Below are positions 1 through 9,103 of a stretch of 45,768 nucleotides of DNA, in pieces. The stretch is from Bdellovibrionota bacterium (GTDB lineage: Bacteria; Bdellovibrionota_C; UBA2361; OMIW01). Both the position numbers and the translations under genes were made by a program. The stretch lies in NCBI GenBank assembly GCA_044345055.1, contig JBIJBT010000012.1, forward strand, positions 1 to 45,768, given 5' to 3'. Numbering within the stretch: the first letter of the stretch is position 1; the number at the start of each line of letters is the position of its first letter. The notes beneath the pieces are model-generated. The model was not told where the DNA came from and did no database searches. It saw only the letters and a list, made by a program, of their open reading frames with translations.

Positions 1-144
1 GCACCGGTTCTCGTGATGAGTGGTTATAGCCCAGCTGGTAGAGTCCAGGGATTACTTGCCGCTGGACGTAGTAGCTTTATTCAAAAACCGTTCACCATAA
101 GTGAGTTGGCATTTCGGGTTCGGGCGTGTCTCGATCTCCGTTAG
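1..144 (+). CDS. C-terminal end of a receiver (REC) domain protein, probably a hybrid kinase or response regulator; 5'-truncated by the window
   Basis: Frame 1 translates as APVLVMSGYSPAGRVQGLLAAGRSSFIQKPFTISELAFRVRACLDLR*, showing the REC beta4 'VMSG' and beta5 'FIQKPF' motifs; TAG at 142-144. Confidence 0.85.
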   Translation, partial: APVLVMSGYSPAGRVQGLLAAGRSSFIQKPFTISELAFRVRACLDLR

Positions 145-170
145 GTAAGACGCCGTTTGTAATTACATCG

Positions 171-974
171 TTAGCCAACTGACGAAGCGATCTCCGGTGC
201 CTCGCGGAGTAAAAAGGCACGATTTGATTCATTAGCTAAATTTGTAAACATACTTACATCGCCAGTTGTGCAAGAATCTATTGTACCTGAAGAAACTAAA
301 CCGCTCAGCTGGAGTTTCCCGGTTGATGAGTCAAAGCTATAAGCGGGGCCACCTGAATCACCCCTACACGTATTGGAACTCCGTCCATCGTAGAGGGCGT
401 CAAAGAATAGTTTATGAACCTCTGATACAGTCATCATTCCCCCAAAAAGCTCTTGATTTTTAACATCTGTGACTAACGAGTCAGTGATTCGCCCATATCC
501 GAATATATAAATCGTTTCTCCGATCTGTGGTGGTGGGGCAAGAGAGACGGACTTAACACCGAACGAAAGTGGAGAATCGAGGTCTGCAACTGCAATATCA
601 TGCTCAAATCGATTTCCGGAGAATCGACCCTCGGGGTGATTCACTACTCGTACTACCTCACGGGATTCTCCTCCAGCAGTGAGTCTCGCTCTGAATACGA
701 ACTCATCAAAGCAGTGAGCAGCACTGATAATTTTCGAAGGTGAAACAATTATTGCGGTACAACGCCCCGGATTATCCTCCTCATCATATAGGTCAAGACG
801 ACCGATGGAGCGCTCTAGTAGGGGACATTTTTGGCCTGATATGATCTTTTGATTGGAGTCGGTTGCGGAACAGAGCTCCATAATTGAAGGTGCTGCTGAG
901 GTGTTGTCGGTACCACATCCGGTAATCTGAAAAAGTCCAAGAAAGAGGAGAAATAAAACTGATTTTAATCTCAT
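171..974 (-). CDS. S1-family (trypsin/chymotrypsin-like) serine protease, predicted lipoprotein
   Basis: Catalytic motifs SAAHC, HDIAV and GDSGGP. The chosen start MRLKSVLFLLFLGLFQITGC gives a signal peptide with an ITGC lipobox; the ORF track starts further upstream at 1055. Confidence 0.9.
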   Translation of the reverse strand: MRLKSVLFLLFLGLFQITGCGTDNTSAAPSIMELCSATDSNQKIISGQKCPLLERSIGRLDLYDEEDNPGRCTAIIVSPSKIISAAHCFDEFVFRARLTAGGESREVVRVVNHPEGRFSGNRFEHDIAVADLDSPLSFGVKSVSLAPPPQIGETIYIFGYGRITDSLVTDVKNQELFGGMMTVSEVHKLFFDALYDGRSSNTCRGDSGGPAYSFDSSTGKLQLSGLVSSGTIDSCTTGDVSMFTNLANESNRAFLLREAPEIASSVG

Positions 975-1144
975 CAGATCATACTTTGGTTGTAGTTGAT
1001 TCATCCTAATGTACCCCATGCCTTTAAACTTGCACATATGAGCATCACAGTTCACAATCAGCCCAGAATATGATAACTGGGGTCATTCCTCTTTGAAGCT
1101 TTTTTTGAAAATTAGAACTACTTTTTTTAGGAGTATAGTTCAAC

Positions 1145-1639
1145 ATGAAGAATTTCTTAAAAATGACAGTACTCATTGTCGCCCTCGTTGGATTCATCGA
1201 TAGGTCAGAGGCGCAACTTTCGAAGGTATGCCCAACGGTAAAGACCATCACCGACAAAGCGGGTTTAGGAGTGTTGGTACAATACAAGAATAATCAGGTA
1301 CAGCGAACTGGTGGAGTGGGAACCGACATCGCTGGTTTCTTGATGAATCCGACTATCATCGAAACTCAGGGAACTCGAAAGTTTACCAATGAGAGGGCAA
1401 GAATCTACGACAGAACTGGCAAGCTCGTCTGTACAAGCTCCCCCCGCTTAGGGTGCTCAGCTACCCGAGGAGAGTGTCTCGGACGATATAAGTTCTCGTG
1501 TTCGACGAGTCAGGTCAGCCGAGCCACCAAAAAGGGCGGTGCTTTTATTAGTGTAGGAAAAAACCTATGTGTAAAGGTTCCTGACGCCTCAATATGTTAC
1601 AATGTAAAACAGCGTGCACCGTGTAGTGTGGTGCGGTAA
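1145..1639 (+). CDS. Secreted, basic, Cys-rich hypothetical protein (164 aa, 8 Cys)
   Basis: AGGAG RBS upstream; signal peptide MKNFLKMTVLIVALVGFIDRSEA; no family recognised. Confidence 0.75.
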   Translation: MKNFLKMTVLIVALVGFIDRSEAQLSKVCPTVKTITDKAGLGVLVQYKNNQVQRTGGVGTDIAGFLMNPTIIETQGTRKFTNERARIYDRTGKLVCTSSPRLGCSATRGECLGRYKFSCSTSQVSRATKKGGAFISVGKNLCVKVPDASICYNVKQRAPCSVVR

Positions 1640-1680
1640 CTATTGAAGTTGTTTTCTATTAATAGAAGAGAAAACAGTGG

Positions 1681-1696
1681 GGGCAGTACGCTGCCC
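1681..1696 (+). terminator. GC-rich hairpin downstream of the Cys-rich gene, possible terminator
   Basis: GGGCAG-tacg-CTGCCC; no clear U-tract follows. Confidence 0.35.
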
Positions 1697-1717
1697 TCAA
1701 CCTTGAAAAATCCCCCA

Positions 1718-1745
1718 TTGCACGATATCCCCTCCGCAGTATGAT
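1718..1745 (+). promoter_or_regulatory. Candidate sigma70 promoter for the ppsA-hydrogenase operon
   Basis: TTGCAC-N16-TATGAT, ending 41 nt before the ppsA ATG. Confidence 0.4.
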
Positions 1746-1786
1746 GCCCGTAACAACAAGGCTCGGGCAGCAAAGGAGGGGACAAT

Positions 1787-4195
1787 ATGGAACCTACCTA
1801 TATTCGTTGGTTTGATGAGCTAAGTATCACCGATATACCGATTGTCGGGGGAAAAAATGCATCTCTCGGAGAGTTGATGCAGAGGTTGCGGGGAGAGGGA
1901 GTCCGGGTCCCCCAGGGGTTTGCTATAACGGTTGATGCGTACCGTGATTTGTTACGAGACTACGAGCTTGATTCTTTTATTCGCACAGAGCTAGCTCGTC
2001 ACGATCTTCGAGATGTGCGCCAACTATCAAAATGTGGTGCCGCGATTCGTCAGGCAATTACTGCTGCCTCATTTTCACCAGAACTTACCGATGCCATCTC
2101 CAATGCTTATCATGAGCTTATTTCCCGTGCTGGTGGTATTACAGATGTTGCGGTTAGAAGTTCGGCAACTGCAGAAGACCTTCCGAGTGCAAGCTTTGCG
2201 GGACAGTTAGAATCATTCCTTCATGTCCAGGGAATCGATCATCTGATGCAGTGCTGTCACCGATGCTTTGCATCACTCTTCACCGATAGAGCAATTTCTT
2301 ATCGGGTTGATAAGGGATTTGATCATCGGGCGGCTGCCGTTTCTATTGGCGTTCAAACGATGGTCCGTAGCGACTGCGGTAGTGCAGGGGTTATTTTTTC
2401 AATCGATACTGAATCTGGACTGTCCTCAGTCGTTATAATCACCGGTTCTTACGGGTTGGGTGAGGCGATCGTTCAGGGGCGTGTTGTTCCTGACGAATTC
2501 GTTGTATCAAAGGCTACATTGCGTCCCCCATATCGACCAATAATTGCAAAGAGCTGTGGATCTAAAAAGGTTCAGATCGTCTATGACGAAATGGCGGAGC
2601 ACCATATTGCAGAGGTTCCCGTTCCCGCGGAAAAGCGCGGCCTCTTTGTTCTATCTGATGATGATATTCTTACCCTTGCTCGATGGGCGGTAGATATTGA
2701 AAGACACTACTCAAAGCGAGCGGGACAACCAACCCCAATGGACATTGAGTGGGCAAAAGATGGTGTGACCGGAGAGCTCTATGTGGTTCAGGCTCGTCCA
2801 GAGACGGTTGTTACTCGTCGCGATCCCGCGGTGGTCAAAACTAAGCGGCTTCAGAGACGAGGCCCTATCGCCGTAACTGGTCGAGCAGTGGGACAGGGAA
2901 TTGGCGCCGGACCGGCCGATGTTATCAGATCTGTCGATGAAATTGAGAAGTTTATCTCGGGCTCAGTTCTAGTTACTGAGGCCACAGATCCGAACTGGGA
3001 GCCGATAATGAAATCTGCTGCCGCGATTGTCACCGAAAAAGGTGGGCGAACGAGCCATGCGGCGATAGTTAGTAGGGAGCTCGGCATACCATGCATCGTT
3101 GGTGCTACCGGAGCTATTTCGGCGATTTCTAACGGAGAGGAGGTCACTGTTTCTTGCGCTGAGGGAGATGAAGGTCGCGTGTATCGTGGTTTGCTTCCCT
3201 TCACTGAGGAAGAGATCGATCTAAGAAAACTCGAAAAGCCGAAGTGTCGCGTAATGCTCAATATAGGTGACCCAGATAATGCATTTCGCTATTCATTCCT
3301 TCCGGTCGATGGAGTAGGACTTACACGTATTGAGTTTATTGTCAGCGCATATATTCGGGTCCATCCACTCGCTCTGATTCATATCGATAGAGTGGCATCA
3401 GGTGATGAGCGAAATGAGATTGAACGGCTCACCGCTGGATATCGAGAGCCGCGCGATTACTTCGTTGAGCAATTAGCTTCTGGTATTGGAAAAATTGCAG
3501 CCGCATTTCACCCAAGAGAAGTTATCGTTCGGATGAGCGATTTTAAGACGAATGAATATGCAAATCTTCTCGGCGGAAAAAGTTTCGAGCCGAGAGAAGA
3601 AAATCCAATGTTAGGATGGCGAGGAGCGTCGCGCTATTACGATGCAGGCTATCGGGAGGGATTCTCCCTTGAATGCGGTGCTATTACGAGAGTTCGTGAG
3701 CGGTTCGGCTTTACAAATGTTTCGGTAATGATTCCTTTTTGTCGAACACCGGAGGAGGCTTCCCGTGTTCTTGAAGAGATGAAGGTAAACGGGATTGAAA
3801 GAGGAAAAAATGGGCTCGCAGTATACGGAATGTGTGAGATACCCTCGAATGTCTTGATGGCAGATCAATTTCTCGACCTATTTGATGGATATAGTATCGG
3901 TTCAAATGATCTAACGCAGTTAACTCTCGGTCTCGATAGAGATTCGGCGATGGTTGCCCATCTCTTTGATGAGAGAAACCCAGCAGTAAAGCGGCTTGTA
4001 AGCGACGTTATTAGAGCTTGCCGCGAGCGGGGCAAATATATCGGGATTTGTGGGGATGCTCCCTCAACCTATCCTGAATTTGCTCGGTTTTTAATTGAGG
4101 CAGGAATTGAGAGTATTTCGCTTAGTCCCGATGCTGTATTCCCCATCTATTTAGCGTTGGCAAGTAAAGGAATATCGGAGCAGTGGAATGAGTAA
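1787..4195 (+). CDS. ppsA: Phosphoenolpyruvate synthase (pyruvate, water dikinase)
   Basis: VGGKNASLGE, AVRSSATAEDLP..SFAGQ, DIEWAKDG, phospho-His motif GGRTSHAAIVSRELG, EENPMLGWRGASRY and SIGSNDLTQ; strong GGAGG RBS. Confidence 0.97.
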   Translation: MEPTYIRWFDELSITDIPIVGGKNASLGELMQRLRGEGVRVPQGFAITVDAYRDLLRDYELDSFIRTELARHDLRDVRQLSKCGAAIRQAITAASFSPELTDAISNAYHELISRAGGITDVAVRSSATAEDLPSASFAGQLESFLHVQGIDHLMQCCHRCFASLFTDRAISYRVDKGFDHRAAAVSIGVQTMVRSDCGSAGVIFSIDTESGLSSVVIITGSYGLGEAIVQGRVVPDEFVVSKATLRPPYRPIIAKSCGSKKVQIVYDEMAEHHIAEVPVPAEKRGLFVLSDDDILTLARWAVDIERHYSKRAGQPTPMDIEWAKDGVTGELYVVQARPETVVTRRDPAVVKTKRLQRRGPIAVTGRAVGQGIGAGPADVIRSVDEIEKFISGSVLVTEATDPNWEPIMKSAAAIVTEKGGRTSHAAIVSRELGIPCIVGATGAISAISNGEEVTVSCAEGDEGRVYRGLLPFTEEEIDLRKLEKPKCRVMLNIGDPDNAFRYSFLPVDGVGLTRIEFIVSAYIRVHPLALIHIDRVASGDERNEIERLTAGYREPRDYFVEQLASGIGKIAAAFHPREVIVRMSDFKTNEYANLLGGKSFEPREENPMLGWRGASRYYDAGYREGFSLECGAITRVRERFGFTNVSVMIPFCRTPEEASRVLEEMKVNGIERGKNGLAVYGMCEIPSNVLMADQFLDLFDGYSIGSNDLTQLTLGLDRDSAMVAHLFDERNPAVKRLVSDVIRACRERGKYIGICGDAPSTYPEFARFLIEAGIESISLSPDAVFPIYLALASKGISEQWNE

Positions 4196-4231
4196 CTAGT
4201 AAAATGATGCACAACTCATCGCGAGGTACCG

Positions 4232-5389
4232 ATGGAATCAGTTCGGTGGTTTCTTGATGAAAAAAGGCTAAACAGTCTTCTCGAAAATCTCTCTTCACAG
4301 GGATTTACTAATATTGGACCACGACTGGTCCATCGTGATTCTCTCAATCCTGTCTTTGAGCTTGGCCCAATTGAATCAATAGAGGATCTTCCACGAGGCT
4401 GGCACGAGGAGCAGGGCCCGGGCCACTACGAAGTAGTTTATCGTAATGATAAACGGCTCTTTTCTCATTCTCCGGGCGCCAATGCCTGGAAAAGATATCT
4501 TCAACCTCCTCGCCAACGAATTGGAGACCTAATAACAATTGGCGATATATCTGTATGGAAACAATATAAGCAGCACCGCCCCCGTTATGCACTCTTTGGG
4601 GTGCGTCCGTGTGATGCTAGAGCAATCTTAATATTGGATAGGGTATTTATTGGCGCACAAATTCCTGATGAGGAGTATAGGGCTCGTCGAGATGAAATGC
4701 TCATTATCGTTACGCACTGTGCTGAGACGTGGGAGACCTGCTTCTGTGAGTCGATGGGAAGTGGACCCAGAGCGACAGACGGATTTGATATTGGAATTAC
4801 CGAGATTTTAGAAGGATTGAAGCATTACTTTATCCTTGAGGGTGCTACCGATCGGGGCAGCATGTTAGTTGCTGAGGTCGCTCTACGTGAAGCAACATCG
4901 GATGAGTGGATGGAGGCATGTAAAATAACAGATCGTGCCAGAGAGTCTCTTTCTCGAATGCTTAAAACGGAAGGACTCCCTGAATTACTAATGAGCTCTC
5001 TCGAGCATCCCAACTGGAATTTAATCGCTGAGCGCTGCTTAAGTTGCGCAAACTGCACAATGGTATGTCCTACCTGCTTTTGTTCTACTGTTGAAGATAT
5101 TACTCGATTTTCAACGGAGCGATCAGAACGTTGGCGGCGATGGATATCATGCTTTGAAGACGAATTTAGTGCAATTCATTCTGGTGTCGTTAGGTCTTCC
5201 ACCCGTTCCCGTTACCGTCAGTGGCTAACCCATAAATTAGCCACATGGTTCGACCAGTACGGCACATCCGGATGTGTAGGATGCGGAAGATGCATTACCT
5301 GGTGTCCTGTTGGCATTGATATAACGGAGGAAGTACCTAAATTTTGTCAGCCAGAATCGGGAAGGGAGGTATCTGATGGAGCTCGCTGA
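4232..5389 (+). CDS. hyhB: Group 3b [NiFe] hydrogenase (sulfhydrogenase) beta subunit, 4Fe-4S dicluster
   Basis: GVRPCD, CFCESM, CLSCANCTMVCPTCFC and CVGCGRCITWCPVGID; first of four coupled subunit genes. Confidence 0.92.
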   Translation: MESVRWFLDEKRLNSLLENLSSQGFTNIGPRLVHRDSLNPVFELGPIESIEDLPRGWHEEQGPGHYEVVYRNDKRLFSHSPGANAWKRYLQPPRQRIGDLITIGDISVWKQYKQHRPRYALFGVRPCDARAILILDRVFIGAQIPDEEYRARRDEMLIIVTHCAETWETCFCESMGSGPRATDGFDIGITEILEGLKHYFILEGATDRGSMLVAEVALREATSDEWMEACKITDRARESLSRMLKTEGLPELLMSSLEHPNWNLIAERCLSCANCTMVCPTCFCSTVEDITRFSTERSERWRRWISCFEDEFSAIHSGVVRSSTRSRYRQWLTHKLATWFDQYGTSGCVGCGRCITWCPVGIDITEEVPKFCQPESGREVSDGAR

Positions 5390-6227
5390 AAGCTATAAAA
5401 TGGCTCGAAGTGATCCGCTTCTTCCGGTGCAAGCAACAATAGTTGCCCGTAAAAAAGAGTATCGTGATTGTGTAACACTATCGCTTGCTTTATCTAGGGG
5501 AAGGTTTTCATGGAATCCAGGCCAGTTTTTTATGGTGACTAATCCGGGGCGAGGAGAGGTCCCTTTGTCGATTAGTGGTGGCGATGATAAAGGAAATTTT
5601 GTTTGTGTGACGGTTGATGGAGTAGGGCCAGTGACCAAGGGCCTTTGCACTCAATTGATTGGTCAAACTGTTGGAATACGGGGACCATATGGACATGGAT
5701 GGCCGATAGATATCATTCAAGGAAAGCACGTTTGTATAATCGCAGGAGGTGTCGGAATAGCACCACTTCGACCTGTGATTCAACGTATAGCGGCAAATCA
5801 ACCAGAGGGTGCAACAGCTACCATTTTTCTTGGTGCGACCTCTCCTTCATCGCTACTCTACCTTTATGAACTTAACCAATTATCTTCATCTCCTGCGATA
5901 GTAGTGAAGACAATAGTTAATGAGGCTGATTTCAGCTGGAGTGGTCGGACGGGGATCGTAACTGACCTATTCGACTTACTAGATCCAAATAATCTACCAG
6001 ATATATTTTTTCTGTGTGGTCCAGAGCCCATGATGACTCATGCTGCAATCGACCTAATTAGCCGACAGGTTGATCCAGCCACTATATATCTATCCCTTGA
6101 ACGGTGCATGCATTGCGGTGTTGGATGGTGCGGTAGATGTCAATTTGGTCCACTTCTGTTGTGTCGTGATGGTCCAATAGTGTCGTGGGCCAAAGTAAGT
6201 AAACTACTATCAATCGCTGAGATCTGA
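5376..6227 (+). CDS. hyhG: Group 3b hydrogenase gamma subunit (FAD/NAD(P)-binding, 2Fe-2S)
   Basis: PGQF, GEVPLSIS, RGPYGHGW, AGGVGIAPLR, CGPEPMM and MHCGVGWCGRCQ...LCRDGP. Confidence 0.92.
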   Translation: MELAESYKMARSDPLLPVQATIVARKKEYRDCVTLSLALSRGRFSWNPGQFFMVTNPGRGEVPLSISGGDDKGNFVCVTVDGVGPVTKGLCTQLIGQTVGIRGPYGHGWPIDIIQGKHVCIIAGGVGIAPLRPVIQRIAANQPEGATATIFLGATSPSSLLYLYELNQLSSSPAIVVKTIVNEADFSWSGRTGIVTDLFDLLDPNNLPDIFFLCGPEPMMTHAAIDLISRQVDPATIYLSLERCMHCGVGWCGRCQFGPLLLCRDGPIVSWAKVSKLLSIAEI

Positions 6228-7000
6228 TGGATAGCAAGAAAAAACTTACTCTTGCGGTATGGAAGTTCGCCTCATGTGATGGGTGTCAGCTAAGCCTTGT
6301 TGACTGCACTGAAGGACTCACAGAGCTTGCTGATGCCCTTGAGATATTAGTTTTTCCAGAGATTTCGAGTCACTCGGAATCAGGTCCTTACGACATATCA
6401 ATTGTCGAGGGATCAATCTCAACTGAGGCGGATCGTGTACTGATTCAAGAGGTGCGGCGCCAATCTCACTGGCTTATAACAATCGGTGCCTGTGCAACGA
6501 CTGGAGGAATTCAGGCGCTCCGAAACTATCGCGATTCTTCCGAATGTCTCCGAACAATCTATGCAGAGCCATCCTATATTGACTCACTCTCTAAAAGTTC
6601 ACCAATAAGTGAAGAGGTATCGGTTGACTACGCTCTTCGTGGCTGTCCCGTTCATCCAGCCCAACTAAGCGAGGTGATCGCCGCTTTTCTAAAAGGACGA
6701 AAGCCTCGAATTTCCTCTTCTAGTGTTTGTATTGAGTGCAAAACTAGAAACACAACCTGTCTTCTTGTTTCCGATAAAATTCCTTGTCTTGGGCCGATAA
6801 CCCACGCAGGGTGTGGGGCAATTTGTCCTGCATTTAACCGTGGTTGCTTTGGATGTTATGGAAGTGCTGAGACTGCAAATATACCAGCACTCTCAGCAAA
6901 GATTATCGAGTGTGGTGTATCGCCAGACCAACTTTCTCGACTTCTCCACAGCTTTAATCCTCCTGATTGGTTTGCGGATGAGGAGGTAGCTGATGAATAG
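6227..7000 (+). CDS. hyhS: Group 3b hydrogenase delta (small) subunit
   Basis: KFASCDGCQL, EGSIST, GACATTGGIQ, GCP, and the C-terminal CIEC...CLGP..AGCGAICP...CFGCYG. Confidence 0.93.
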   Translation: MDSKKKLTLAVWKFASCDGCQLSLVDCTEGLTELADALEILVFPEISSHSESGPYDISIVEGSISTEADRVLIQEVRRQSHWLITIGACATTGGIQALRNYRDSSECLRTIYAEPSYIDSLSKSSPISEEVSVDYALRGCPVHPAQLSEVIAAFLKGRKPRISSSSVCIECKTRNTTCLLVSDKIPCLGPITHAGCGAICPAFNRGCFGCYGSAETANIPALSAKIIECGVSPDQLSRLLHSFNPPDWFADEEVADE

Positions 7001-8312
7001 AGAGCCCTCAACAAAAACCGTTACCGTTGATTATGTCGCGCGGGTGGAGGGGAAAGCGGCGCTTTCTCTTACCTGTTCTGGAGAAACTATCACCGATGTA
7101 CAGCTTCGAATATTTGAGCCACCACGGCTCTTTGAATCGATTCTTAAGGGACGAAGCTGGAATGAGGCGCCCGATATGACAGCGCGGATATGTGGTATCT
7201 GTCCTGTTGCCTATCAGATCAGTGCAGCTCAGGCTATGGAGAAGCTTGCCAAGATAACTATACCGAAACAATCTCAGTTAGTTCGGCGACTATTAATGTG
7301 TGGAGAGTGGATCGTTAGCCATACAATTCATATCTATCTCCTCCATGCTCCGGACTTTCTTGGATTTGCGAATGCGATCGAGATGGCAAAGCACTATCCC
7401 GAGCAGATGAAGCGCGGGCTTGCCCTTAAAGAGGTTGGAAATGAGATTTTAACGACACTCGGTGGCCGAAGTGTCCACCCCGTAAATCTTATCGTAGGAG
7501 GGGTGTGTCGGTTGCCGAGCAATAAGGAGCTGACAAAACTAAAGCACCGATTGGAATCCGCAGTTGATTTGGCGCGCGAAACATTAAGCTGGGTCAGCTC
7601 CTTTTCTTTTCCTGATTTTACCGAAGAATACATTTTTGTATCACTGTCCAGACCGAAGAGCTATCCGCTGACTGATGGAAATCTTGTAACTAATCGTGAA
7701 TGGGTTCTCGATGAAAGATCGTTCGGTTCAGTAATTCTCGAAGAGCAGCTTTCATATAGTACTGCACTTGCCTCGACGATTGGACCCTCGCACGAGCGAT
7801 ATCTTACTGGCCCAATGGCGCGATTTGCCCTTAACGGGCAGTTTCTTCCTGAGAGTATTCTCACCGCAATTAAAGAAAACTCAATTCCGCAGCCGTGCTG
7901 CAATCCATTTCGAAGCATTCAAGTTCGTGCACTAGAGGTTTGGTTCGCCTGTAGTGAAGCTCTTCTTATTGTCGAAGAGCTTCGGAGAGAAAAACAGAAT
8001 AGAAACGGTGAGAAATCTCCCGAGCTACAGACACAGGCTGGAACGGGTATAGGAATTACTGAGGCTCCTCGTGGAGTTCTATTTCAACAGTATGATGTTG
8101 ATGAGGATGGAATTATAACGAACTGCTCAATTATACCACCTACTGCTCAAAATCAAAAACAGATTGAAAAATCAATACTCTATTTTTTAAACCATAGTAA
8201 ATGCGGGAATGATGAGGAATTACGGGAGTGTGCTGAGAAGATCATTCGGAGCTTTGATCCATGTATCTCGTGTGCGACCCATTTTCTCTCGCTGGAGGTA
8301 CAAAGGCTATGA
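6993..8312 (+). CDS. hyhL: Group 3b [NiFe] hydrogenase alpha (large, catalytic) subunit
   Basis: ARVEG, L1 motif RICGICPVAY, EAPRG, and L2 motif FDPCISCATH followed by a cleavable tail FLSLEVQRL. Confidence 0.95.
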   Translation: MNREPSTKTVTVDYVARVEGKAALSLTCSGETITDVQLRIFEPPRLFESILKGRSWNEAPDMTARICGICPVAYQISAAQAMEKLAKITIPKQSQLVRRLLMCGEWIVSHTIHIYLLHAPDFLGFANAIEMAKHYPEQMKRGLALKEVGNEILTTLGGRSVHPVNLIVGGVCRLPSNKELTKLKHRLESAVDLARETLSWVSSFSFPDFTEEYIFVSLSRPKSYPLTDGNLVTNREWVLDERSFGSVILEEQLSYSTALASTIGPSHERYLTGPMARFALNGQFLPESILTAIKENSIPQPCCNPFRSIQVRALEVWFACSEALLIVEELRREKQNRNGEKSPELQTQAGTGIGITEAPRGVLFQQYDVDEDGIITNCSIIPPTAQNQKQIEKSILYFLNHSKCGNDEELRECAEKIIRSFDPCISCATHFLSLEVQRL

Positions 8313-9103
8313 ATGGAATAATCGTTGGAATCGGCAATCGATATCGAGGAGATGACGGAATCGGTCCATTGGTTCTGGATAGAATTGATATGAAGATGAA
8401 CCCTAATTTTGATCTTGTCGAAAGTGATGGAGAGCCAACTGGATTGATATCACTTTTTCGAGGGCGAGATTGGTGCATCTTTATTGATGCAATTATTCCT
8501 AATGTACACCTTCAGTTTTCTCCTGGTATGGTTGTATCAGTGGACCTATTAATGGAGGGAAATAATAAAGGAACTGAGCTCTCCTCGACTCATACTGGAG
8601 GGCTATTTGATGCTATTGGGTTAGCGAGTGTACTTGGATGTTTGCCGAAAAAAGTTTTTCTTGTTGGGGTTGTTGGAAGCTCATTCGGATCATGTGCACC
8701 TCTTTCTGAGTCGGTGCAATTGGCGATTCAACAGGCTATAGAAGAGGTAGGACAACTTGTACGATCATTAGTTAATGAAAAACAAGGAGGCATTATGCAT
8801 GAAAGTGGCATGATTGATGAACTTGTTACCACCGCGCTTGCATGGTCTGCGGCATCTCCTAATCGACGTATCCGATCAATTACCGTTGAGGTCGGTGCAT
8901 TGTCGCCATGCGATCCAGAACATCTTCGAGAGCACTTTGTTGAGGCGTGCAAGGGCACGTGGGCCGAAGGGGCCTCTCTTATTGTAATACCAAAAGATGA
9001 TATCACCGATCAGCATGCTCAAGATGTTACGATGGTAAATCTTACGGTGGAAGAGCCAATAGTCACTATCCCTGAGGCTGCTAACGCGGCGTGTCATGGA
9101 TGA
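8309..9103 (+). CDS. Hydrogenase maturation endopeptidase (HycI/HybD family) fused in frame to a HypA-like domain
   Basis: ATGA overlap with the alpha-subunit stop; GIGNRYRGDDGIG, FIDA and SSTH motifs; no stop codon before the MHE start of the HypA-like part. Confidence 0.85.
   Translation: MNGIIVGIGNRYRGDDGIGPLVLDRIDMKMNPNFDLVESDGEPTGLISLFRGRDWCIFIDAIIPNVHLQFSPGMVVSVDLLMEGNNKGTELSSTHTGGLFDAIGLASVLGCLPKKVFLVGVVGSSFGSCAPLSESVQLAIQQAIEEVGQLVRSLVNEKQGGIMHESGMIDELVTTALAWSAASPNRRIRSITVEVGALSPCDPEHLREHFVEACKGTWAEGASLIVIPKDDITDQHAQDVTMVNLTVEEPIVTIPEAANAACHG
8795..9103 (+). CDS. hypA: HypA-like nickel chaperone, nested in-frame start, lacking the Zn-finger CxxC pairs
   Basis: MHESGMIDEL...ITVEVGALS...EHLREHF...GTWAEGASL, preceded by AAGGAGG at 8784-8790. 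Confidence 0.75.
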   Translation: MHESGMIDELVTTALAWSAASPNRRIRSITVEVGALSPCDPEHLREHFVEACKGTWAEGASLIVIPKDDITDQHAQDVTMVNLTVEEPIVTIPEAANAACHG

